64,000 nt of DNA from a virus: the IMG/VR virus record IMGVR_UViG_3300020180_000014, positions 1-64,000 of that record; one strand, written 5' to 3'. Below the pieces are notes generated by a model, which did no database searches, was not told where the DNA came from, and worked only from the letters and a program-made list of their open reading frames with translations. This document shows positions 45,113 to 53,176 of the stretch, in pieces. The stretch's first letter is position 1, and each line of letters starts with the position of its first letter. Position numbers and translations under genes: made by a program.

Positions 45113-45454
45113 CTAGAGCTTCTGGGTGATGCCGGTCGCGAGCAACGTGAGCTTGCACAACGGACACACCGAGCCCCAGCTCGACATGATGCCGAGGTCG
45201 GACAGCGCCGTGCGTGGTGCAGCATCGTAGCGAACGCCGTTGGTGGGATGGTCAATGAACTGTCGCGCACACCGAACGCAGACATCGAGCGCGTACTGCA
45301 CGCTGAGCTGGTGCGCGAGCAGATAATTGCCGATGATGCCTGCAGCTGCGATCGCGTCGACGACGTCACCGAGCACGACACCGTCGGGGAACATGTGATC
45401 CCGGCGGTGACCGTGCACGCGCTGATCAGCAAATGCGACACTCATCGCGCTCAC
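45113..45454 (-). CDS. Zn-finger-like hypothetical protein
   Basis: CVRC...CPLC. Confidence 0.55.
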   Translation of the reverse strand: MSAMSVAFADQRVHGHRRDHMFPDGVVLGDVVDAIAAAGIIGNYLLAHQLSVQYALDVCVRCARQFIDHPTNGVRYDAAPRTALSDLGIMSSWGSVCPLCKLTLLATGITQKL

Positions 45455-46095
45455 GAGAGCGTCCCGTCATCGTCGGGGTCCGGATCCAGGCGCATCGGCG
45501 TAGGTGTTGACTCGCGCCGGTAGAGCGTTTTCGACGGCCGATCGATCAGCGGCGTCGATGCGTCGATCGATGGGCCTTCGGGACGCACGCTCAGCGGTGC
45601 GTCGAGCACCGTCGCGGCGGGCTGTTGCTGCTGCCACTGCTTCCACTCGATGTCGTTGAGCTGGCGCCCGCTCGCGAACTGTTCGATGAACGGCGCGTTG
45701 GTCTGCGCAGCGGTGTCGCCCGGACCGGGAAAGTTCACGGCTGCGTTCGGATCGCCGGTCTGCGCGATCAGGTACGCATCGTACGCGCGTGCAGCGGCCT
45801 CGGCGGTGTCGTAGACGCCCAAGCGCTGACGTCGGCCACCGACGTACGCGACAGCTTCCCAGCGCTTGCCGTACGCGTAGACGCCCTTGTAACCGCTGCG
45901 CGAGGCGCGCGGACCCTGCGTGACCGTGGGTCCGGCGGCGACGGTCTGTGGCCCGCGTTTACTTGCGATCAGGTACTGCCGTAGATACTCAGCTACGCCC
46001 GTATATAGATGGCTTGCATCGTCGCCGTACTCGGCGAGAATGTCATCTGGTAGTGAAATCACTACCTTGGACTCTTTCCACGGACGCTTCGCCAC
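45451..46095 (-). CDS. AP2-domain DNA-binding protein (start uncertain)
   Basis: SGYKGV...RWEA......RLGVYDTAEAAARAYD......A.VNFP. Confidence 0.85.
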   Translation of the reverse strand: MAKRPWKESKVVISLPDDILAEYGDDASHLYTGVAEYLRQYLIASKRGPQTVAAGPTVTQGPRASRSGYKGVYAYGKRWEAVAYVGGRRQRLGVYDTAEAAARAYDAYLIAQTGDPNAAVNFPGPGDTAAQTNAPFIEQFASGRQLNDIEWKQWQQQQPAATVLDAPLSVRPEGPSIDASTPLIDRPSKTLYRRESTPTPMRLDPDPDDDGTLS

Positions 46096-46199
46096 ATCTA
46101 CGTCGTAGCGTGATCCGTTCGATCTCGTCAATGATCGAGCGCGATCGTGCGTAATTGGTTTGCGATCCCACCCCGTTTGCACGGTTTTAGAAAGGGGTC

Positions 46200-46480
46200 T
46201 AGGTGCCGATCCCGGGTCATTCGAATTGGTATAGCCACTGAACCACGAATGATCTTCCGAAGATAACGTAGGGGGATTCTCCTCCTAGTTCCAAGAGAGT
46301 CTTTGTAAATTTGCTATAGATATAGATAGCAAATCTACGGGCACTAAGCAGGAACTGGGCAGGAGGAACCAACTGATTTAGTAGTGTCAACTACTAAATG
46401 TATCAGTAACTCTGCGTAGTCTCGTCGCACTCCAGAACGTAGGCTTGCCTACATTCGAGCGGCTTGACGAGAAATCAACT
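46200..46480. other. AT-rich non-coding region with nested inverted repeats (candidate replication origin)
   Basis: clear drop in GC; hairpins 46277-46368, 46372-46407, 46435-46456. Confidence 0.5.
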
Positions 46481-46493
46481 ATTTACGTCGCGT

Positions 46494-47228
46494 CTACGCG
46501 TAGCCGTCGCGTGCGAGGGCGTTCGCGAACTCATTCGCGCCCGCGATCAGGGCCGCTTCGAACGCCGCCAGGAGGTCATCGTCGATTCCCTTCACCGGCA
46601 TGCGCCCAGCGGCCACCACGAAGCGCCAGACGCGTTCCACGCCCCCCGCCTGCTCGCGCGTCACAGCGGCCTCGTCGACCTCGGCCAGTGTACCCAGCAC
46701 CGCATCGTGGGCGTAACTGCCGCTGTACCGGCCCGTGCCAGCGTCGATCTCCTTCTCGGTGCCGCCAGCGAACTTCTCCGCGAGGTTCGCGGCGTACCAG
46801 GCAGCGCGTGCGGCGCGCATGGACCGTGAAACCGCCTCACCCTGGTAGCGCTCGGCGTCGTAGTAGCTGTCGCCACTCCCGTCGCAGCGCTCCTTCCACG
46901 CACGCCCCCACCAGTCTTGACGCTGCAGGAACACGCCGTCGTCGACGATCCGCGTGAGCTTCTGCTTCGCCTCCTTCGCCTTCCAGTACGCGTCGGAGAT
47001 CACCGCGCCGAGTTCAAGGCCCTCGGGTCCGAACCGCGCGATACGCGGGATACCGGCGAGCCCAGCTGCTGCTTCGGTCGCGAGCGCGATCGCCGCGTCT
47101 TGACCTTCGGGCGGCGTGCGCCGTGGACGCTTCTCGTTCAAGAAGTTCGCGAGACCTGCGATCGTACCGATTGCCGGTCGCGGATCGTCCCAGACGTCAC
47201 CCGTCAGCGGCGAACGATACTTCGACAT
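46494..47228 (-). CDS. hypothetical protein
   Basis: typical codon usage. Confidence 0.7.
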   Translation of the reverse strand: MSKYRSPLTGDVWDDPRPAIGTIAGLANFLNEKRPRRTPPEGQDAAIALATEAAAGLAGIPRIARFGPEGLELGAVISDAYWKAKEAKQKLTRIVDDGVFLQRQDWWGRAWKERCDGSGDSYYDAERYQGEAVSRSMRAARAAWYAANLAEKFAGGTEKEIDAGTGRYSGSYAHDAVLGTLAEVDEAAVTREQAGGVERVWRFVVAAGRMPVKGIDDDLLAAFEAALIAGANEFANALARDGYA

Positions 47229-47281
47229 GTCCGTATCATGCGCTCCGCGCATGGCCCTGTCGAGCCTCCGTAGGCGAACCT

Positions 47282-47314
47282 GATCGCTCGCGCGATCGAT
47301 GATAGATTCTCAGG
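47282..47314 (+). promoter_or_regulatory. palindrome plus -10 box, leaderless promoter
   Basis: GATCGC TCGC GCGATC-gatga-TAGATT-6 nt-ATG. Confidence 0.65.
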
Positions 47315-48961
47315 ATGCTGATCGCGAACTTCGGCGCCATCAACCCGGCGATGATGGCGACCGTCAACACGGCGATGTTCAGGCCAGGTGGTGCGCAGCC
47401 GCTGGTCTCGACCGGTGCAGCACCGGGCTACAGCATCAAGCAGCACACGCTCTACCAAGTCTGGCGCGAGCAGCTGCCGCCCGACTTCGGTTGGTTCAGC
47501 GAGATGGGTGTCACTCCGGTCACGATGACTGGCGGCACGACCGATCAAGCTGTCATCTCTGCACGCGCCGACGCGTGGCGCGACAAAGTCCGCGCTGCCG
47601 CCGCGTCGCTGCCTGAGTGTCCTCCAGGCTCCGTCACCGATGGCGGTTCGAGCTGCTACTACGGCCGCGCGGGCATGGGCGCATATCAAGAGATGGCTGA
47701 CGGCGCGATTCAGCTGATGGCGCCGGGCACGTTCCACGTCTACGGCGTGACGTTCACGGTCAACGATCTGCAGAACGGTCGGTTCACGAAGGCGTTCAAG
47801 CCGGACGCGACGCAGCGCAAGCGCATCGAGTGGGCTGTCATCAAGCGTTCGATCGGACGGTTCTTCGGCGATCGCGCAGGTCGCTACAGCGGCGCACCGC
47901 CGGTCATCGGCGACGGCATGATCAAAGATGCGATCATGAAAGAGGTCCAGGCGGGCCGAAAGAAGTCCGGTTGGGATCCGTCTGTCGACGAGATCCTCGC
48001 GATCGTCCCGGACATGGCGCTCTACTGGGTCAACTTCGATCGCAATCCGATCCAGCCGACGCCGACCGAGCGCACGCAGCCTGGCGGCTGGGTCTCGTGG
48101 ATCCGCAAGGGCGGCTATCCGCTCTCGCGCGCGATTCTCCAGAGCAAGGTCTCGGTCAGCGACGGCGCACTCGGCATCGAGTTCTGCTCGTCGATCCTCT
48201 GTCGTTGTCCGACGTCGATGGGCAAGGAGCCCGGCACCGGCCGCGCGATGAAGATCGGCGGTTTCCCGTCGTGTGTGCCGATGGGCTTCACGAAGAACGG
48301 CGTCGGGCAAGAAGAAGGATCCGGATCGTTCTTCCCGTTCGTATCTGTCCATCAGGGCATCAATGATCCCGTCTTCGAGGTGACCCTCATCCACGACGAC
48401 CCGTCGTGGATCGAGAAGATCGGGATGGCGGGCCGCGACTGGATGATGAAGATCGTCGACACGGCGTGCTCGAACGAGAGCATCAACACGAACGCACAAG
48501 CGAAGATCATGTGCGCCGCATGGGGCGTCGGAAAGGTTCTGCAGGCGAAAGAGAACCTGCCGAGCGCGAACCTGATGCCAGCGCCCGAAGCGCCGATCGT
48601 CCCACCGACGATGGATCAGTCACTTCCTGCGTCGCCGAACACACAAACGCGCCGCTACGCGGGTTGTGTCGCGCGCTTCAATACGTCGCGCAAGAGGTTC
48701 GTGATCTACTGCCCGACGGTATTCGCTGGCTGGGGAGGCAATTTCGGCTCGGCCGATGCCGTCACGCCGCCACCGCCGATCGGCTTCATGCGTACGACGG
48801 AACTCGACGTTCTGCCGAATGAAGGCGAACAGGTCGTCGGCCAGGAGCGCGACAACTTTTTCCGGCTCGACAACCCATGGATGTGGGCCGCGATCGCCGG
48901 AGCAACAGCTGTTGCGGGGGGCGGCGGGTACGCGTTGTACCGTCGCAAGCGCGCTGCGTAG
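47315..48961 (+). CDS. C-terminally anchored virion membrane protein (family member 5)
   Basis: YAGCVARFN...FVIYCP...NFG-SAD...NPWMWAAIAG-TM-RRKR. Confidence 0.85.
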   Translation: MLIANFGAINPAMMATVNTAMFRPGGAQPLVSTGAAPGYSIKQHTLYQVWREQLPPDFGWFSEMGVTPVTMTGGTTDQAVISARADAWRDKVRAAAASLPECPPGSVTDGGSSCYYGRAGMGAYQEMADGAIQLMAPGTFHVYGVTFTVNDLQNGRFTKAFKPDATQRKRIEWAVIKRSIGRFFGDRAGRYSGAPPVIGDGMIKDAIMKEVQAGRKKSGWDPSVDEILAIVPDMALYWVNFDRNPIQPTPTERTQPGGWVSWIRKGGYPLSRAILQSKVSVSDGALGIEFCSSILCRCPTSMGKEPGTGRAMKIGGFPSCVPMGFTKNGVGQEEGSGSFFPFVSVHQGINDPVFEVTLIHDDPSWIEKIGMAGRDWMMKIVDTACSNESINTNAQAKIMCAAWGVGKVLQAKENLPSANLMPAPEAPIVPPTMDQSLPASPNTQTRRYAGCVARFNTSRKRFVIYCPTVFAGWGGNFGSADAVTPPPPIGFMRTTELDVLPNEGEQVVGQERDNFFRLDNPWMWAAIAGATAVAGGGGYALYRRKRAA

Positions 48962-49273
48962 CTACTGCACGTCGCGCTTGAACAAGCCCTGCGTGTACAT
49001 CTTCACGTCGCTGAAGCTCACGTTGCGCTCGGCGAGCTGGTGAAAGCACGTGATGCAGACGCGCCGAATGATATTGTCGCGATCGTAGTGTGCCGTCGTC
49101 GCGCTCTTGATCGCACAGCACAGGCAGAGCCCGGTCAGCCCGTGGCGGTCGGCGATCTCTTCGGCGATACCGAACTCGTCCGCGATCGCAGCCGCCTGAA
49201 TCGCCGCGACGATGTCATCTACCAGAATGCCGTCACGGATCGCACGACCGTTCGCGTCGTAGAGCAGCGCCAC
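48962..49273 (-). CDS. Zn-finger-like hypothetical protein
   Basis: CLCC...CITC. Confidence 0.6.
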   Translation of the reverse strand: MALLYDANGRAIRDGILVDDIVAAIQAAAIADEFGIAEEIADRHGLTGLCLCCAIKSATTAHYDRDNIIRRVCITCFHQLAERNVSFSDVKMYTQGLFKRDVQ

Positions 49274-49285
49274 ACCCGAACAGTA

Positions 49286-49708
49286 CTACGTCTCGGGCTT
49301 AGGAATCGGCACCTCGACGGGTGTCTTCTCGTCGTCGGTTTCCGGCGTCCGAATCACGTCGCGCGTCGTCGTCCGGCCGACTGGTAGTTCATCGAGTGGA
49401 ATCCGAACGAGCGGTGCTGACCAGTCTTCGTTCGTGTTGAGCGGCACACGTACGGGCGTCACGTCGTCGTCGTTGATGAACGGCGGAATGATCAGGTGCA
49501 GTTTGCGCTCCGGGTGTTCCGCAACATCGACGAGGATCAACAGGTCACGTCCAGCCTTCGGACGTAGACCCGGCAGCTCGCCGATCTGGCGCAACTGGAC
49601 AATCTCGGCCCAAATGTCGATGAGCGTCTCGCGATTGATCGTCGTGCTCGCGTATGCCAGAAACCGCCCTGTCGGACGAAAGTACGCGAGATGCACCAGG
49701 TACGACAT
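49286..49708 (-). CDS. hypothetical protein
   Basis: YFRPTGRF...GELPGL pattern. Confidence 0.7.
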   Translation of the reverse strand: MSYLVHLAYFRPTGRFLAYASTTINRETLIDIWAEIVQLRQIGELPGLRPKAGRDLLILVDVAEHPERKLHLIIPPFINDDDVTPVRVPLNTNEDWSAPLVRIPLDELPVGRTTTRDVIRTPETDDEKTPVEVPIPKPET

Positions 49709-49740
49709 TCGCTCAACCGTAGCGAGCGGATGCCCGCCGG

Positions 49741-50277
49741 TCAGCTCTTCTTCTTGCGCTTCTTCTTCGACTTCGCGGCCGGACCATCTGGCATTGTCGT
49801 CGCTGCTGACGCAGCCTCGGCACCTTCAGGGATCGGTGTCGCCTCGACTTCATCGAACGAGATTTCGACCTCATCATCGTCATCGATTGCCTTCGCGTAG
49901 CCGACCACGACGGCTGGCCCCAAAGCCGCGCTGAGGATCGGCTCGGACACGGGCTCGGACTGCGTGGCCGGTGGGATCGTGACCGTCGCGAACGACGTGG
50001 GCACAGGTGCTGGCGGTGGCGACGGCAACGGCAACGGCGACGGAACTGGTCGCGGAATCGGCCGTGGCGGTGCCATGGCCTCGACCGCAGCGGTCAGGTC
50101 GTCGACGGTCATCTTGCAGTAGCGCGCGACCTCTTCGAGCACTGCACCGTCGATCGTCGCGCTCACGCCGTCGTGCGACAGCTGCCACATCTTCAAGATC
50201 TTCCCGAGCGTCACGGGCGCGCCCGCAAACCTCAGGTTGCGGCTCTGGACGTACGCGGCTAGCGCGGCTGTCTGCAT
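49741..50277 (-). CDS. HTH-like protein with Pro-rich, acidic and basic tail
   Basis: N-terminus similar to 15422-15637; ends KSKKKRKKKS. Confidence 0.65.
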   Translation of the reverse strand: MQTAALAAYVQSRNLRFAGAPVTLGKILKMWQLSHDGVSATIDGAVLEEVARYCKMTVDDLTAAVEAMAPPRPIPRPVPSPLPLPSPPPAPVPTSFATVTIPPATQSEPVSEPILSAALGPAVVVGYAKAIDDDDEVEISFDEVEATPIPEGAEAASAATTMPDGPAAKSKKKRKKKS

Positions 50278-50335
50278 GCCGCAACCGTAACACGATCCCT
50301 GGATCGCTCGCGCGATCGATGGTTTACTAGGCTCC

Positions 50336-51310
50336 ATGTTCATCGCGACGTCGTCCGGCGCGTTCGGTCGTGCCCAGTTCGGCCAGGTCACGGCTACGTC
50401 TGCTGAAGAGGCGCAAGTTCCACGTCTCACCAACGCAGTGAGTACACTCACGCAAGCCGAGACCCAGCTCCGCACGACGTTCGCGAAGCTGATCCCCGAT
50501 CTGACGACGCTGCAGGTCGCGGGCAAGGATATTCCCGCGCCGCTGCTCGACCTGCTGCAGCGCTACAACGCGGCCGTCGGCAGCCTCATGGAGGCATCGC
50601 AGATCTGGCTACAGGCACGCGCGCAGACGCCTGCCAGTGACCTGCCCGATCCGAACTCGCAGGCGATCGCCGTCCCGACATTCGATCTGCCAGCACCGAG
50701 CGGGTTCGGATGGTTCGGCGGCGTCGCAGCCAGCGCGGTCAAGGTCCGGCACGGCATCGTCGGCAAGGAGATCACGACGTCGCTCTCAGGCTACATGAAC
50801 AGCCCATTCGCCGGTTACTTCACGGGCGGTCAGCTCGGGCTCGGTCCACTCGGCATCGTGGTCGCCATCCTGCTCGGACTCGCGATCGTTGGCGCGACGA
50901 TCATCCTGACCGCGAAGCTCACACAGACCAGTGACACAGCTGCCGCGAATCAAGCGATCACCGAGCAGGCACGCACGCGTGTCGAAGAGGTCAAGAGCGA
51001 TCGCGATCTGTTCGTGTCGACGCGCGACTCGTGCATGGGCAACTCGACGGATCAGACCGTGCGTCTGCAGTGCATCGCTGCTGCCAAGGACGTGCTCAAG
51101 GCCGCGAAGGAGGGTCGACCGCAAATCCAACGGCCGATCTCGCCGATCGTGATCAGTACGGTTGCGGTGCTCAGTGTACTCGCTGTCGCGGGTGGCGTCG
51201 GCTATGTGATTTACCGCAAGCACCGGAACGGTTCGTTGCTGCCACCGGCACATGCCCGTTCACGTGCACGTAGCGGCTACGACGTGGACGTTGACGACAC
51301 GGAGTCCTGA
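50336..51310 (+). CDS. virion membrane protein (2 TM)
   Basis: AFG, QFG, GFG, QLGLG motifs; two TM segments, basic tail. Confidence 0.8.
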   Translation: MFIATSSGAFGRAQFGQVTATSAEEAQVPRLTNAVSTLTQAETQLRTTFAKLIPDLTTLQVAGKDIPAPLLDLLQRYNAAVGSLMEASQIWLQARAQTPASDLPDPNSQAIAVPTFDLPAPSGFGWFGGVAASAVKVRHGIVGKEITTSLSGYMNSPFAGYFTGGQLGLGPLGIVVAILLGLAIVGATIILTAKLTQTSDTAAANQAITEQARTRVEEVKSDRDLFVSTRDSCMGNSTDQTVRLQCIAAAKDVLKAAKEGRPQIQRPISPIVISTVAVLSVLAVAGGVGYVIYRKHRNGSLLPPAHARSRARSGYDVDVDDTES

Positions 51311-52122
51311 TGCTCGTCGTCTCTGGTGCCAACGCGCTGGGCGGTTTCGGCGCAGCGATGCCCGAGCTGACGACGCTCAAGAAGCGCGTCGATCAGTGCG
51401 TCAAGTCGTTCCCGATCGTGAGCGCGACTGACAGCGGCGCGAGTCAGGCGCTCACGTGCGCGATGTTCGTCGGTGGCCAGAACGGTGAAGAAGGTATTCG
51501 CGCCTTCGAGAAGGTCACGCTGCTCGAAGCCGTCGACAACGCGCTGCTGTTCAACATCGCACAGACCCTCATCACGAACTGGCGCAACACCGATCTCGGT
51601 CCGGCGGTCAGCTCGACCGAAGTCAACGTTCGGCGTATCGCAGCGCAGAAGCTCGGTGAAGCGAGTGTCTTCGACGTTGTGTCACCGACACTCGCGGTGC
51701 AGGCATTGTCGTCTGCTGGCCGTGTCGAATCGAACGACAAGGTCAAGCTCGCCATCGTGCAGAGCCTGCACGTGCTGCTCAAGAACCGCGACATTCCACC
51801 GAGCGTCCGCACCGAAGCGATCACGACGCTCAAGATCTTTGCCGATCCGTTCACCCAAAACGACGTCTTCGTGCTCAACGCCGCGAACGGTGCCTTGAAA
51901 GATCTCGCCCCGAAGATCAACATCGGCCCAGTCACGACCACGCCGGTTCCGTCTGCAGTCTCGAAGTACAAGATCCCGCTGATCGCCGCCGGGATCACGG
52001 CTGCTGTGGCGACGACTGGGCTCGTGCTGTTCTTTCGACACCAGCACGCGACCGGGCTCAGCGCTGCAGGGCCTTTGCGGCGCCGAGCAGAAGCAGCACT
52101 GCGACGACGAAGAGCCCGATGA
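51310..52122 (+). CDS. C-terminally anchored helical-repeat membrane protein
   Basis: ALGGFG-AA N-terminus, HEAT-like helices, TM plus R-rich tail. Confidence 0.8.
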   Translation: MLVVSGANALGGFGAAMPELTTLKKRVDQCVKSFPIVSATDSGASQALTCAMFVGGQNGEEGIRAFEKVTLLEAVDNALLFNIAQTLITNWRNTDLGPAVSSTEVNVRRIAAQKLGEASVFDVVSPTLAVQALSSAGRVESNDKVKLAIVQSLHVLLKNRDIPPSVRTEAITTLKIFADPFTQNDVFVLNAANGALKDLAPKINIGPVTTTPVPSAVSKYKIPLIAAGITAAVATTGLVLFFRHQHATGLSAAGPLRRRAEAALRRRRAR

Positions 52123-52344
52123 TCACTGGCACAGTCGCGCGCGTTTCCGCAACCAGCGGACCTGCGCCGCTGCCGTACCGCGCGCAGCTTGCTTGTCAGA
52201 CTCGAACGCGCCGCCGTCTTTGCCGCCCTGAACCTTGCCGCCGATGACGGTCTTGACGACGTACTCGCCCCACTCGTAGTTGCGGTAGATGCGCACGGCG
52301 CAGCTCGCACCGACGCGTGTTTCGTGGATCTTCTTGAGCGCCAT
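52123..52344 (-). CDS. small basic protein
   Basis: VRIYRNYEWGEYVVK; leaderless start. Confidence 0.7.
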   Translation of the reverse strand: MALKKIHETRVGASCAVRIYRNYEWGEYVVKTVIGGKVQGGKDGGAFESDKQAARGTAAAQVRWLRKRARLCQ

Positions 52345-52392
52345 GAGGTCGAAACTACCACGATCCCTTGCGCGATCGGGTCAGGTTCGGGA

Positions 52393-52740
52393 CTAGCGAC
52401 GGCGCCGTTTCGTGCGTCGCGCCGTCAGATCTTTGCCTGGATACGGATCATCGGTCCACGGCGAGAGCTTGACGCTCGTGCAGCTGACGCGATTGCCCTT
52501 GTCGGTGAGTCGCAGCGTCTTGCCGTAGCGCTGACCGCCGACTTCCAGTTTGCCCTCGCGGACCAGCGCACGCTCAGCCGCGTTGATCTGCTTGGGCGTG
52601 AAGCCCTGTTTCCGTACGACATGACGCACACCGCTCGAAAGTGTGGGCGTCGCGTTGTTACGCTCGCGCCAGCCTGTCGACCAGAAGCGCGTAGCGCACA
52701 GAAGGGTCGTCTTTGCGCTGGCCTTGCGACGGGGTGGCAT
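52393..52740 (-). CDS. small basic (winged-helix-like) protein
   Basis: R/K-rich; L.REG.L...LRLTDKG. Confidence 0.65.
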   Translation of the reverse strand: MPPRRKASAKTTLLCATRFWSTGWRERNNATPTLSSGVRHVVRKQGFTPKQINAAERALVREGKLEVGGQRYGKTLRLTDKGNRVSCTSVKLSPWTDDPYPGKDLTARRTKRRRR

Positions 52741-52755
52741 AGGCCAAGTTTACCA

Positions 52756-52771
52756 GATCGCGCGAGCGATC
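52756..52771. promoter_or_regulatory. bidirectional palindrome promoter element
   Basis: + strand: gtgt-TAGCTT-6 nt-ATG (52788); - strand: tgg-TAAACT-6 nt-ATG (52740). Confidence 0.7.
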
Positions 52772-52787
52772 GTGTTAGCTTGAGGTC

Positions 52788-53174
52788 ATGAAGCTCATCG
52801 TCGCACTCGCGCTCGTCTTCGGTCTCAGCGTCACGCAGCCCAGTTGCCCCGGACCGGGTCCGGGACCTGTCGTCATCGGCGCCGTCGTCGACTGCACCGT
52901 CCAGAACCGTGACCAGATCACGTCGCTGATTGCCGAGTTTCAGACGCTGCTCCACGGGCAGATGCCGGACTGGGCTGCGATCTACCAGCGCGCGAAGAAC
53001 GCGGGCAAGGCGATCGGCGGTTGCGCGCTCGCCGAGATCGTCCAGAGCTACCTCGGCAACCGCACGGCACCGCCGCCCCAGGCCGACAGCTGGAACGCGT
53101 ACAACGCTCTGGAGAGGTTCAGGCGCGAGGAAGCGGGCAACGCGACGTTCAAGACCTCGGCAGGCGACATCTAG
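52788..53174 (+). CDS. secreted or lipoprotein-like protein
   Basis: signal peptide followed by Cys. Confidence 0.7.
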   Translation: MKLIVALALVFGLSVTQPSCPGPGPGPVVIGAVVDCTVQNRDQITSLIAEFQTLLHGQMPDWAAIYQRAKNAGKAIGGCALAEIVQSYLGNRTAPPPQADSWNAYNALERFRREEAGNATFKTSAGDI

Positions 53175-53176
53175 TC

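Noticed and set aside
1308-52771. CRISPR array or HIP1-type repeat explanation for the GATCGC palindromes
   Set aside because: copies are dispersed, not regularly spaced, and have a fixed 4-nt spacer unlike the contiguous GCGATCGC octamer; no cas genes seen
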